NCBI RefSeq assembly: GCF_043950625.1
Contig: NZ_CP171007.1
DNA from: Alkanindiges sp. WGS2144
GTDB taxonomy: Bacteria > Pseudomonadota > Gammaproteobacteria > Pseudomonadales > Moraxellaceae
Length of the DNA: 32,000 bases
Direction: 5' to 3' (one strand)
Shown here: positions 1 through 10,191 of the stretch, one piece after another
Layout of the letters: each line of letters opens with the position of its first letter
Position numbering within the stretch: position 1 is the stretch's first letter
Position numbers and translations under genes: made by a program
The notes under the pieces: generated by a model
The model's input: only the letters and a program-made list of their open reading frames with translations
The model's database searches: none
Told to the model about the DNA's origin: nothing

Positions 1-754
<754 letters not shown>

Positions 755-950
755 AATTCCAATATGCCTTTATTCTAAGACACAAATCTGACTCATCAAA
801 ACTGACAAATTACTCAAATAAACTTCAAGAAATTTATACCAATTATGATGATATTATTGCATCACCCAATTAGTAAAAATCCACACAAGTTGTTCTCTAT
901 TCTCTTAATGAATTAATCTTCTACTTCGTCAGTAGTAAGATAGGTCGCAT

Positions 951-978
951 ATTGTATATTAATTTAGTGCTTTGTCAA
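951..978 (-). promoter_or_regulatory. Candidate rrn promoter P2 (sigma70-type)
   Basis: On the minus strand: TTGACA (978-973), a 16-bp spacer, TACAAT (956-951), then a G/C-containing discriminator ATGCGACC. It lies about 200 nt upstream of the mature 16S 5' end. Confidence 0.5.
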
Positions 979-1100
979 CCGTTCTTTTAAAGTTTTTCAA
1001 TCTTTCGTTTGAATCGCCTTTTGGTTGATTTGACTAAATTTTTAGCTAAATTTCTGTTAATTAACAGTTTTTATTTCGCCTCAATATCGCCGTGGTGCGC

Positions 1101-1128
1101 ATTATAGAGGGTTTTAAGCCCTTTGCAA
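1101..1128 (-). promoter_or_regulatory. Candidate rrn promoter P1 (sigma70-type, with UP-element-like A/T tract)
   Basis: On the minus strand: TTGCAA (1128-1123), a 16-bp spacer, TATAAT (1106-1101), then the GC-rich discriminator GCGCACC (1100-1094). An A/T-rich tract (1133-1152) sits immediately upstream of the -35. This architecture is typical of stringently controlled rRNA promoters. Confidence 0.55.
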
Positions 1129-1279
1129 GCACAAATAAAAATTTTTAATTTGTTCGCTGTTTTATTAAACAAGGGCGCACTTTTAAGCTATCTAAATGGT
1201 TGTCAATTGATAACAGGCGACCCGCTGCTCTTATGTAGATGGGGCCACCTGGCTGAATTACAAGGGCACGCGCCGCCTT

Positions 1280-2497
1280 TTAACTGCTTACTTTTACGCG
1301 GGCAATGGCTTTTTTGCCCGCCTGAATGATCACTTCATCACCCGCCTTTAGGGTAAAACCGGCATCCACTACCTGCTGGTCTACCTTGACTACACCACGG
1401 CCTATGGCATCTTTGGCTTGTGCGGCATTTTTGGTGAGTCCTGCACGCGATAACACACTGGTAATAAATAATTGTTCCTGACCGTCCAGTGACAGCTCTA
1501 CTTCATGAATGTCTTCCGGAATTTCACCATCAATAATACGGTTACCGGCACTCTTATGCGCATTGGCCGCCGCGTCACTATCATGAAAACGCTCAACCAG
1601 CTCCAAAGCAATAATGCGCTTGATTTCCTGCGGGTTACGCCCATTCTGCATTTCCTGTAGATACTGCCTGACTTCGCTCATGGGTTTAAAGCTGAGCAAT
1701 TCAAAATAACGCTCAATCAGGTTATCCGGCATGGACAGAATTTTCTGGTAAATGGTGCCGGGACTATCAAATACTCCAATATAGTTGCCCAGAGACTTGG
1801 ACATTTTTTGTACGCCATCCAATCCCTCTAAAATAGGTACAGTAATGCACACCTGGGCCTCCTGATCATAACGGCCTTGCAGGGTACGCCCCATCAGCAG
1901 GTTAAAGGTTTGATCCGTGCCACCCAGCTCTACATCAGCTTTTAGTGCAACCGAGTCATAACCCTGAATGAGTGGATATAAAAATTCATGGATGGCAATA
2001 GGTTGCTGATTTTTAAAGCGCCTGGAAAAATCGTCGCGTTCCATCATGCGTGATACGGTTTGCTGACTGGCCAGGCGAATCAGGTCAGCGGCACTCATGC
2101 TGCCAAACCATTCACTATTAAATACAACTTTGGTTTTGGCTGGATCAAGAATTTTAAATACCTGCTCCTGATAGGTTTTGGCATTGGCCAGTACGTCTTC
2201 CCGGCTTAGTGGCGGACGAGTGGTGCTTTTACCAGTAGGATCGCCAATCATGCCGGTATAGTCACCAATCAGGAAATATACTTCGTGCCCCAGATCCTGA
2301 AAGGTTTTGAGTTTATTAATGAGTACGGTATGACCCAGATGCAGGTCGGGCGCAGTAGGATCAAAGCCTGCCTTAATACGTAAAGGACGATTTTGTTCTA
2401 GTTTTTTGAGTAAGTCTTCAGGCGAGATAATGTCAGCAGTACCGCGTTCGATAAGTTCAAGCTGTTGTTCAGCAGGTAAAAACGTTGTCATGGTCAC
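1280..2497 (-). CDS. tyrS: Tyrosine--tRNA ligase
   Basis: 405-aa ORF with the class I aaRS signatures HLGH (DLHLGHTV) and KMSKS (QKMSKSLGN), plus a C-terminal S4-like RNA-binding region. The overall sequence is recognisably bacterial TyrRS. Confidence 0.95.
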   Translation of the reverse strand: MTMTTFLPAEQQLELIERGTADIISPEDLLKKLEQNRPLRIKAGFDPTAPDLHLGHTVLINKLKTFQDLGHEVYFLIGDYTGMIGDPTGKSTTRPPLSREDVLANAKTYQEQVFKILDPAKTKVVFNSEWFGSMSAADLIRLASQQTVSRMMERDDFSRRFKNQQPIAIHEFLYPLIQGYDSVALKADVELGGTDQTFNLLMGRTLQGRYDQEAQVCITVPILEGLDGVQKMSKSLGNYIGVFDSPGTIYQKILSMPDNLIERYFELLSFKPMSEVRQYLQEMQNGRNPQEIKRIIALELVERFHDSDAAANAHKSAGNRIIDGEIPEDIHEVELSLDGQEQLFITSVLSRAGLTKNAAQAKDAIGRGVVKVDQQVVDAGFTLKAGDEVIIQAGKKAIARVKVSS

Positions 2498-2565
2498 TCA
2501 AAAACAATTAAAGTTGGCATTGCACGATATACTAACTTTTTTTTGGGCAAATTGCAGGCTTTGAA

Positions 2566-3690
2566 ATGACAGCAATGTATGTAGGGATTATGTCCGGTAC
2601 CAGTATGGATGGTATTGATCTGGTGGCGGTATCTTTTGATCCATTGACATTGCATGCCACGCTGACTGTGTCTTTCCCTGAAGAGTTGCGCAACGAATTA
2701 ATGGCACTCAGCCAACCTGGCGATAATGAAATTGAGCGCATGGGTCAGGCAGATGTAGCCTATGCCCGTCTGGTGGGACAAGCAGTGGTGCAGCTCATCA
2801 AAAATAATGGTCTGGATGCATCAAAAATTTCTGCGATTGGCAGTCATGGTCAAACGATTCGCCATCGCCCACATTTGGGTTTTAGCCTGCAAATTGGTGA
2901 CCCTAACCTGATTGCCGAGATCAGTGGTATTCCCGTAGTGTCTGATTTTCGCCGTCGTGATCTGGCTGCTGGTGGTCAGGGTGCGCCTCTGGTACCAGCC
3001 TTTCATCAGGCGTTGTTTGCTCATTCCACTATTAATCGGATTATTTTAAATCTGGGGGGTATCGCCAATATTAGTATATTGCCAGCAGGTAATCCGGCGC
3101 AGGTTTATGGTTATGATACCGGCCCGGCTAACGTACTCATGGATGGCTGGTGCAAACGGCATACCGGACAGCACTATGATGAAGATGGTGCCTGGGCAGC
3201 GCACGGGAACTCTATCCCCGCCCTGATGGAGCTGATGCAAAGGCATGATTACTTTGCTAAAAGGCCCCCAAAGAGTACTGGACGTGAGGATTTTAATCTA
3301 GAGTGGCTGGACAACCAGCTGGATGATTGGCGCAATCAGGTGGATTACGACCCTAACGATGACTTGCCGGAAAATGTTCAGGCCACCTTACTCAAACTAA
3401 CGGTACGCCCTATCAAAAAAGCGGTAGCCCGGTGTGGTCTTGCGGGAGGTGAACTTTATGTCTGCGGTGGTGGTGCCTATAACATCACCCTGATGGAGCA
3501 ATTGCGCTGGCGACTGGCCAAACATGACTGGACAGTTGAAAGCACTGTTAAGCTGGGGCTGGCACCAACCTGGGTGGAAGCCACTGCTTTTGCTTGGCTG
3601 GCCAGACAGCGTATGCAGCAGCAACCCGGTAATCTGCCAGCAGTGACGGGTGCCAGCGGATTGCGGATACTCGGTACGGTAACAGGTTAA
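2566..3690 (+). CDS. anmK: Anhydro-N-acetylmuramic acid kinase
   Basis: 374-aa ORF. The motifs GIMSGTSMDGIDLV, GGQGAPLVPAFH, PKSTGRE and NLPAVTGA are colinear with E. coli AnmK. It is divergent from tyrS. Confidence 0.93.
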   Translation: MTAMYVGIMSGTSMDGIDLVAVSFDPLTLHATLTVSFPEELRNELMALSQPGDNEIERMGQADVAYARLVGQAVVQLIKNNGLDASKISAIGSHGQTIRHRPHLGFSLQIGDPNLIAEISGIPVVSDFRRRDLAAGGQGAPLVPAFHQALFAHSTINRIILNLGGIANISILPAGNPAQVYGYDTGPANVLMDGWCKRHTGQHYDEDGAWAAHGNSIPALMELMQRHDYFAKRPPKSTGREDFNLEWLDNQLDDWRNQVDYDPNDDLPENVQATLLKLTVRPIKKAVARCGLAGGELYVCGGGAYNITLMEQLRWRLAKHDWTVESTVKLGLAPTWVEATAFAWLARQRMQQQPGNLPAVTGASGLRILGTVTG

Positions 3691-3695
3691 AACTT

Positions 3696-3962
3696 ATGTG
3701 GAAGTGGTTGCTACAGCAGCTTGATATCAGTAGTGAGTTGCCCCGGCTTTCAGCATGGTATATGGGTTTGTCCGGCCTGATTATGGGTGTGGCTTTTGTG
3801 GGCTTGTATTTTCATTATAGCCTGCAGGACAATCGCTTGCTGGGTATTGCCATCATGATTACCCTGCTGATGTCGCTGTACGAACGCTACTGGATTCGAG
3901 CACTAAAAAGTGCCAATTTAACCCTGTTCTCAGCAGTGGTTTACAGTTTACTGATGCTCTAG
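3696..3962 (+). CDS. Small hypothetical membrane protein (88 aa)
   Basis: The ORF begins 6 nt after the anmK stop on the same strand. It has two or three hydrophobic segments (GLSGLIMGVAFVGLYF, LLGIAIMITLLMSL, LFSAVVYSLLML). I recognise no family. Confidence 0.45.
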   Translation: MWKWLLQQLDISSELPRLSAWYMGLSGLIMGVAFVGLYFHYSLQDNRLLGIAIMITLLMSLYERYWIRALKSANLTLFSAVVYSLLML

Positions 3963-4154
3963 CTGCTTAAACTTAAATCATATTACTTGCTTTTTGCAAA
4001 ATGACTGAGCTGCTTTATATCTTTTTAGGTCATGACTCATTTTTCACATTTGCCATTTTTTTTAATAAAATTATTATTATCAATACCTTAATTTAAAAAA
4101 ATTCATGCTGTATTTTAGCCTTTGAAGATAATAACATGAATTTGGCTTATTGTT

Positions 4155-5159
4155 ATGATAAATCAAAGCGCCCACATCTATGTAGCAACCTATGCTTATC
4201 ATCGGATGTGTGATTTTTCTAACAGCTCAGGTAATGTGATGAACGCTCCGTTTAGCCCTAAACATAAACTAGTTGCCCGTAAAGTGCAGTTTGATTTTTC
4301 TGATTCTCCAGTGGACTGGATCCCTGAAGATAAGCTGGCCTCGCATGTGATTAACGGGGTAAACCTGCTATTACCTGCGGGTGAGTTCTGGTTTTGTCGG
4401 GTGTATAACAAGGTATTGCCTTACATCCGGGATGAACAGCTTAAAGAGGAGGTGCTGGGCTTTATTCGGCAGGAAGCTATTCATGGTCGTACTCATCTAC
4501 AGGCACAGCAGTTTCTGGAGCAACATGGCTATGACCTACAACCTGCGCTGAAGCGCATTAACTGGGTGTTTGAAAAACTGCTGGGAGAAGCACCATTTGG
4601 TATCGCTGCACTCAACAGGCCATCGCTGGAAAAACCCTGGCTGTTCCTGCGGGTAGGTTTAATTGCTGCCATTGAGCATTTTACCGGTGTGCTGGGTCAA
4701 TGGTCGCTGGATAATAGCAGCTGGGATAAAGCTGACCCGGTAATTGCCGATCTGTTCCGCTGGCATTTGGCTGAAGAAGTGGAGCACCGTACTGTTGCTT
4801 TTGATTTATATGAGCATATTATTGGTCATGAAGCTGGCTTTTACTGGTCACGTCAGGCCTTGATGGTGCTGATGTATCCACTATTTATTTTAGCTTTAAT
4901 GGGCACAGCCAGAAGTCTGGGGCAGCAGGATGAGGATCAGGCCATTAAACGCCTGATGAGTAAGAACATTCTATCATTTTTATGGAAGTTTGAGCAAAAC
5001 GCCAACACAACAAAGCACATTCCAAGTCTGAGTTTTATTACCAAAGCCACCATTCGCTGGATTTCGCCAAGGTTTCATCCCATCCATGAAGGCAACACCC
5101 AGCAAGCACTGGATTATATGGCTCGCTCACCAGCCGTACAAGCACTTGGCCTGCACTAA
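4155..5159 (+). CDS. ExxH-motif protein of the 'predicted metal-dependent hydrolase' type (possible di-iron carboxylate fold)
   Basis: 334-aa ORF. An alternative start at ATG 4239 (MNAPFSP...) would give 306 aa. It contains RQEAIHGRTH and AEEVEHRTVAFDLYEH, each preceded about 30-34 residues earlier by a Glu, and a hydrophobic segment near the C-terminus (ALMVLMYPLFILALMG). It resembles proteins usually annotated as metal-dependent hydrolase (this is recollection, not a search result). Confidence 0.75.
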   Translation: MINQSAHIYVATYAYHRMCDFSNSSGNVMNAPFSPKHKLVARKVQFDFSDSPVDWIPEDKLASHVINGVNLLLPAGEFWFCRVYNKVLPYIRDEQLKEEVLGFIRQEAIHGRTHLQAQQFLEQHGYDLQPALKRINWVFEKLLGEAPFGIAALNRPSLEKPWLFLRVGLIAAIEHFTGVLGQWSLDNSSWDKADPVIADLFRWHLAEEVEHRTVAFDLYEHIIGHEAGFYWSRQALMVLMYPLFILALMGTARSLGQQDEDQAIKRLMSKNILSFLWKFEQNANTTKHIPSLSFITKATIRWISPRFHPIHEGNTQQALDYMARSPAVQALGLH

Positions 5160-5177
5160 AATATGCTATAAAAATAT

Positions 5178-5210
5178 AAAAAAACAGGCCTGAAAACGGC
5201 CTGTTTTTTT
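5178..5210. terminator. Bidirectional rho-independent terminator
   Basis: AAAAAACAGGCC-tgaaaac-GGCCTGTTTTTTT: a GC-rich stem flanked by an A-run and a T-run. It sits between the convergent hydrolase-like gene (+) and erpA (-). Confidence 0.85.
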
Positions 5211-5219
5211 CAACACTCT

Positions 5220-5555
5220 TTAAATGGAAAAGGATGAACCACAGCCACAGGTCGTGGTGGCATTGGGGTTTTTAACCACAAAACGAGAGCCTTCCAGGCC
5301 TTCAATATAATCGACTTCCGAACCAACCAGATACTGGTAACTCAAGGAATCAACCACAACCGCTACATCACCATTTTCAAATCGGGCGTCGTCATCATTA
5401 GCGGCATCGCTAAAGCTAAAACCATAAGAAAAGCCTGAACAGCCGCCACCTGTGACATAAACACGCAGCATTAAATCTGTACTGCCCTCGCCATCACGCA
5501 ACTGTCGAACCTTGTTTGCAGCGCGATCTGTTAACACTAAAGCAGGCGCATTCAT
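5220..5555 (-). CDS. erpA: Iron-sulfur cluster insertion protein ErpA (A-type carrier)
   Basis: GGGCSGF and the C-terminal [11 protein letters not shown] motifs; nearly colinear with E. coli ErpA. The ORF extends to 5573, but the ATG at 5555 (MNAPALV...) has GGAGA 5 nt upstream and gives the expected length. Confidence 0.93.
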   Translation of the reverse strand: MNAPALVLTDRAANKVRQLRDGEGSTDLMLRVYVTGGGCSGFSYGFSFSDAANDDDARFENGDVAVVVDSLSYQYLVGSEVDYIEGLEGSRFVVKNPNATTTCGCGSSFSI

Positions 5556-5692
5556 GCTTATCTCCAAAAACATAAAATCAGGGCCAATACACTGGCAATA
5601 TCAGGATGCTACTGCTACTGTAGCACAATCCTTTTTATAAATTGGGCTGTGCTATTGCCTTTTCAAGCATTTTCGCAACCAGATAAACAATT

Positions 5693-6691
5693 TTACTCGT
5701 CTTTGAGCGCACATTCAAAACTGGATGGTTCAGCCTGGCAACGGGCACGTTTGAGCAAGCTCATCATTTTCTTGTTGTAAATCCCTTCTTTAGTCAGGGC
5801 AATACGTGATTCACGCATTAACTTGATATAACCAATCTTGTCATTAGCTGGAATGTCCATCCAGTATTTGGCGGGTACTTCCTTTTCCATTTTCCCTAAC
5901 ATGCCAAAGGCACGCGGTAGCTGGCCAGCAATCCACTCACGTGATTTTTGACCATAACCCGCCGGAAACTTATCCTTGCGAATGATGACATTGCCAGTGA
6001 CTTGCAGAAGAGGGAAACGAACAATTGCGCCTTTGGTGCCAAGACCCTTGTATAGTTCCATAGGTTTGTAGGCAACAATGGGTGCGCCAATAATATCGAC
6101 CTGACCATTATTAAATTTACCACCAAAATTGGTCACGTCACTGGATATTGGCTGGGCACCAATTTGCTGTACCATTTTGGCCTGTGCCTTGTCATAGTCC
6201 AAGACGGCGATTTTCTTGCCAGCCGCCTTGGCAATGGTATTCATGCTACGATCATTGACAAATAAATACGCCGCTCCTACTGGAATAACTCCAGCCACCT
6301 CATAAGGACCACTGACCATATCTGCGGCCAATTGTGGTTTAGCCAGTAATTGCATGACACTTACTGCCAGTTTTAAATCGGGTAAAGCGCCAATAGCATC
6401 TAGTGAACCAGTAAAGGAATTAAACTGACGACCGCGCATACCACTAATCGCGGCACCATCACATTTGCCTGCTTTAAAGTCTTCAGCAGCCACGCGCTCA
6501 TCGGTATAGGCTTTTAGCTGGAGATCTGCGCCCCAGCTTTTGGCAGAAAGTGCATAGTCTTTCATTAAGGCATAGACATCACCTGCTGTACCGACTAGAT
6601 CAAATACACAAAAAGTTTGTTTGGCCTGTGCCTGACTGCTTATTGCTATCACCAAGCTGGCCATTAATCCTAGAGTTAGCTGACGCTTCAT
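5693..6691 (-). CDS. Secreted/periplasmic protein of unknown function, tandem paralog 1 (solute-binding-protein-like size)
   Basis: 332-aa ORF with an N-terminal signal peptide (...AISSQAQA/KQ) and no other hydrophobic segment. It has four Cys (FCVFD, GKCDG, and RCQAEPSSFEC at the C-terminus). It is roughly 80% identical, by eye, to the neighbouring ORF 6899-7891. From memory, orthologs at this locus in Acinetobacter are annotated 'AdeT, putative RND-type efflux pump'; I have not verified this. Confidence 0.85.
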   Translation of the reverse strand: MKRQLTLGLMASLVIAISSQAQAKQTFCVFDLVGTAGDVYALMKDYALSAKSWGADLQLKAYTDERVAAEDFKAGKCDGAAISGMRGRQFNSFTGSLDAIGALPDLKLAVSVMQLLAKPQLAADMVSGPYEVAGVIPVGAAYLFVNDRSMNTIAKAAGKKIAVLDYDKAQAKMVQQIGAQPISSDVTNFGGKFNNGQVDIIGAPIVAYKPMELYKGLGTKGAIVRFPLLQVTGNVIIRKDKFPAGYGQKSREWIAGQLPRAFGMLGKMEKEVPAKYWMDIPANDKIGYIKLMRESRIALTKEGIYNKKMMSLLKRARCQAEPSSFECALKDE

Positions 6692-6813
6692 TGTTATTTC
6701 CTCAAATACAGGTGCTCACGCTACCGTTCCAGATAGCCTATTTTTTTATTCTTATAAATGCTTGGTGGAATTAAAACAATTCCTGATTGGTGAAATATAC
6801 TGTCAGTAGGGTC

Positions 6814-6846
6814 AATAAAAAACCCGATCATATGGGAATGACCGGG
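6814..6846 (-). terminator. Rho-independent terminator of paralog 2
   Basis: On the minus strand: CCCGGTCAT-tcccat-ATGATCGGG followed by TTTTTTATT. The stem has one G-U pair on this strand. It starts about 50 nt after the stop of ORF 6899-7891. Confidence 0.8.
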
Positions 6847-6898
6847 TCTGGTAATTATCAAAGCGGTTTAATACGCTCTGGTTTATTTCCTTTTTGGA

Positions 6899-7891
6899 TT
6901 ATTCATCCTTAAGTGCACATTCGAAGCTGGATGGCTCAGCCTGGCAACGGGCACGTTTGAGCAAGCTCATCATGCTCTTGTTGTACAGACCTTCTTTGGT
7001 TAGGGCAATACGTGATTCACGCATTAACTTGATATAACCAATCTTGTCATTAGCTGGAATGTCCATCCAGTATTTGGCTGGAATGCCCGCTTCCTGTTTG
7101 TTTAGCAGGCTCATCATGCGAGGTAGCTGGCTAGCAATCCAGGTGCGTGATTTTTGACTATAATCTGCCGGAAACTTATCCTTGCGGATGATCACGTTGC
7201 CAGTAACCTGTAATACCGGAAAACGAACAATTGCGCCCTTGCTACCCAGACCTTTGTGTAATTCTAGCGGTTTGAACGCTATGGCAGGTGCACCAATGAT
7301 ATCGACCTGACCATTGTTGAACTTGCTGCCGAAATTGGTTACGTCACTGGATACTGGCTGGGCACCAATTTGCTGCACCATTTTGGCCTGCGCCTTATCA
7401 TAGTCCAGTACGGCAACTTTTTTACCGGCTGCCTTGGCAATGGTGTTCATGCTACGGTCATTGACAAACAGGTAAGCCGCACCCAGCGGTACTACACCAA
7501 CCACTTCATAGCTACCATTAACCATGTTTTTAGACAATTTTGGGCTGGCCATTAACTGCATAACGCTTTGGGCAACCTTGGCAGTTGGAATAGCGCCAAT
7601 GGCATCAATAGAGCCGGTAAATGAGTTAAACTGGCGACCACGCATACCGGTTAAGCTCACACCATCACATTTGCCTGCTTTAAAATCCTCAGCAGCCACG
7701 CGCTCATCGGTGTAAGGTTTTAGCTCAACATTAGCGCCCCAGCCTTTGGCAGCAAGTGCATAGTCTTTCATCAGTGCGTAAGAGTCACCTGCAGCGCCTA
7801 ATAAATCAAAAACACAAAAAGTTTGTGCTTGTGCACTATTGGACAGGGTAAAAGCAGAGGCAGCCGCCATGGCTAAGGCAATTTTTTTCAT
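6899..7891 (-). CDS. Secreted/periplasmic protein of unknown function, tandem paralog 2
   Basis: 330-aa ORF with a signal peptide (...LSNSAQA/QT) and the same four conserved Cys. The C-terminal 23 residues are identical to paralog 1. It has its own terminator, so it is a separate transcription unit. Confidence 0.85.
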   Translation of the reverse strand: MKKIALAMAAASAFTLSNSAQAQTFCVFDLLGAAGDSYALMKDYALAAKGWGANVELKPYTDERVAAEDFKAGKCDGVSLTGMRGRQFNSFTGSIDAIGAIPTAKVAQSVMQLMASPKLSKNMVNGSYEVVGVVPLGAAYLFVNDRSMNTIAKAAGKKVAVLDYDKAQAKMVQQIGAQPVSSDVTNFGSKFNNGQVDIIGAPAIAFKPLELHKGLGSKGAIVRFPVLQVTGNVIIRKDKFPADYSQKSRTWIASQLPRMMSLLNKQEAGIPAKYWMDIPANDKIGYIKLMRESRIALTKEGLYNKSMMSLLKRARCQAEPSSFECALKDE

Positions 7892-8167
7892 CTTGAACTT
7901 CCTGGCTGTGAATTAAGGATTAAATAACATTCATCCCGATTAATATTATTCTAGCGAACAATTGTGAGAAACAATAGAGTAAATGCTCCAATTTTATCCA
8001 TCATGTTTTGTTTTTTTACGTTTGTTTTATATTAATGGTTGAGCTAAGGGACGATGCAGACCATTTTTTGCTACACAGGCATTTTTATTGTCGCTTAGGG
8101 TTTTATTTATTTGGCTGGCAATCGTTTATAATAACGGCCGCTCTAAAAATATATCATCAGGTTATTC

Positions 8168-10156
8168 ATGATTCAGCTGCAAAATTTTGCCATTCGTCGC
8201 GGTGGTCGTCTGTTGTTCGAAAATGCCACCATGCAGTTACATCACGGCTGGAAAATTGGCTTGACTGGTGTCAATGGCGCGGGCAAGTCTACACTGTTTG
8301 CTGCGCTGCTGGGTTCAATTCAGGGTGATGTGGGTAGTTTGAGTCGCCCTGCTGGCTGGACCGTGGCTCATATGGCACAAGAAGTAGAAAGCCAGCAAAC
8401 CTCGGCCATTGATTTTGTGCTATCCGGGGATGAAGAGTGGTGGGGCATTCACCAGCAACTTGAACATCAGGCCGATCAGCTGGATATGGATCACCTAACT
8501 GCACTATATGGCCGCTTCGATGAAATAGATGGTTATACTGCACCGGCCAGAGCGGCACAGATGATGGCAGGCCTGGGCTTTATGGAGAGTCAGGTCAGGC
8601 TACCGGTTGCCAGTTTTTCCGGTGGCTGGCGTATGCGTTTGAATCTGGCGCGTACCCTGATGAGTCGCTCTGACCTGTTATTACTGGACGAACCGACTAA
8701 CCATTTGGATCTGGATGCCATTTTGTGGCTGGAAGACTGGCTTAAAGCCTATGAAGGAACATTAATTTTAATTTCCCATGACCGTGATTTTTTAGATGCG
8801 GTGGTTGATCATATTATTCATATTGAAAATGCCCAGGTGACTTTATATACCGGCAATTATTCGACCTTTGAGCAGACCCGTGCTGAACGGCTGGCACAGC
8901 AACAGCAGGCCTTTGAAAAACAGGAAGCCACCCGCGCCCATTTGCAAAAATATATTGATCGCTTTAAGGCACAGGCTACCCGTGCCCGGCAGGCACAAAG
9001 CCGCATCAAGCAACTGGAGCGTATGCAAAAGCTGGCACCTGCACATGTGGATACCCCGTTTACCTTTAGTTTTCGTGAACCGACCCGCATGAGTTCGCCC
9101 TTGCTGCGACTGGATCATGTAAATGCCGGCTATGGTCAAACCATTATTTTAAACAATGTAAACCTGCAAATTACGCCGGATAGCCGGATTGGCCTGCTGG
9201 GCATGAATGGTGCCGGTAAGTCCACTTTAATTAAAACCCTGGCAGATGGCCTTACGCCGCTTGGCGGGGAACGGGTGGCGAGCGAGCTATTAAATCTGGG
9301 TTATTTTGCCCAGCATCAAATGGATGCGCTGGATGGAGATGCCTCGCCCATGCTGCAACTGTCCCGGCTGGCTGGTAAACAGATTTCTGAAGCCACCCTG
9401 CGGTCTTTTTTGGGTAGTTTTGGTTTTAGCGGCGAGCGCATGGATACCCCATGTGAGAGCTTTTCTGGTGGTGAACGCGCCCGGCTGGCATTGGCTCTTA
9501 TTGTCTGGCAAAAGCCCAATGTATTGATTCTGGACGAGCCCACCAACCATCTGGACCTGGATATGCGTCTGGCTTTAACCATGGCCTTGCAGGATTTTGA
9601 AGGCGCTGTGGTGCTGGTATCGCATGAACGGCAATTGATTGCCAGTGTGTGTGATGAGCTGTTGCTGGTACATAATGGACAGTGTGAACCATTTGATGGC
9701 GATTTAAGTGACTATGCCAACTGGTTGCGTCAGGCACGAGTTGAAATGGAAAAACAGCAAAAAGCACAGGACAATAAAGCTGCCAAACCCGCCCCTGTTA
9801 CTAGCGTAGAGCTTGTTAAACCGGTTAGTGCCACGCCTGTTGCTACCTCAGCAAATACCTTAACCAAAGAAGAACTGCGCAAGGAAACCGCTCGGCGGCG
9901 CGAAATCACTCGGCCACTGCGTGACAAGATTGAAAAGCAGGAAAAGCAGCAGCAAAAAGCCCAATTACGCCTACTGGAGATTGAAACAGCGCTTGCCGAT
10001 GAGTCAATGTATTTGCCTGAACAAAAAGCGGCACTGCTAACGCTTATGAATGAGCAAATAGAGCTTAACGCTGCTCTGGAAAGTAGTGAAAATGAAACCC
10101 TGGAGCTGATGATGCAACTAGAAGAGCTGGAACAAAGTTTTGTATCAACTAGATAA
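8168..10156 (+). CDS. yheS: ABC-F family ATPase (YheS-like; no transmembrane domain)
   Basis: 662 aa with two ABC cassettes. Walker A: GVNGAGKST and GMNGAGKST. Signature: FSGGWRMR and FSGGERAR. Walker B: LLLLDEPTNHLD and VLILDEPTNHLD. It also has the Q/R-rich inter-domain linker and a coiled-coil C-terminus, and is colinear with E. coli YheS. Confidence 0.9.
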   Translation: MIQLQNFAIRRGGRLLFENATMQLHHGWKIGLTGVNGAGKSTLFAALLGSIQGDVGSLSRPAGWTVAHMAQEVESQQTSAIDFVLSGDEEWWGIHQQLEHQADQLDMDHLTALYGRFDEIDGYTAPARAAQMMAGLGFMESQVRLPVASFSGGWRMRLNLARTLMSRSDLLLLDEPTNHLDLDAILWLEDWLKAYEGTLILISHDRDFLDAVVDHIIHIENAQVTLYTGNYSTFEQTRAERLAQQQQAFEKQEATRAHLQKYIDRFKAQATRARQAQSRIKQLERMQKLAPAHVDTPFTFSFREPTRMSSPLLRLDHVNAGYGQTIILNNVNLQITPDSRIGLLGMNGAGKSTLIKTLADGLTPLGGERVASELLNLGYFAQHQMDALDGDASPMLQLSRLAGKQISEATLRSFLGSFGFSGERMDTPCESFSGGERARLALALIVWQKPNVLILDEPTNHLDLDMRLALTMALQDFEGAVVLVSHERQLIASVCDELLLVHNGQCEPFDGDLSDYANWLRQARVEMEKQQKAQDNKAAKPAPVTSVELVKPVSATPVATSANTLTKEELRKETARRREITRPLRDKIEKQEKQQQKAQLRLLEIETALADESMYLPEQKAALLTLMNEQIELNAALESSENETLELMMQLEELEQSFVSTR

Positions 10157-10191
10157 AATTCTTATATTTAAGAGAATTGACTGGAATAATA

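Noticed and set aside
4001-4066. 21-codon Phe-rich mini-ORF (MTELLYIFLGHDSFFTFAIFF*), superficially like a pheL/pheM attenuator leader
   Set aside because: It has no Shine-Dalgarno sequence, and no terminator/antiterminator stem-loops follow it. The downstream gene is unrelated to Phe metabolism, and T-rich DNA yields Phe codons by composition alone.
8008-8328. 106-aa ORF upstream of and overlapping yheS
   Set aside because: It overlaps the yheS start in another frame and has an A/T-rich, Cys/Phe-rich translation without motifs. It most likely lies in the promoter/5' UTR region.
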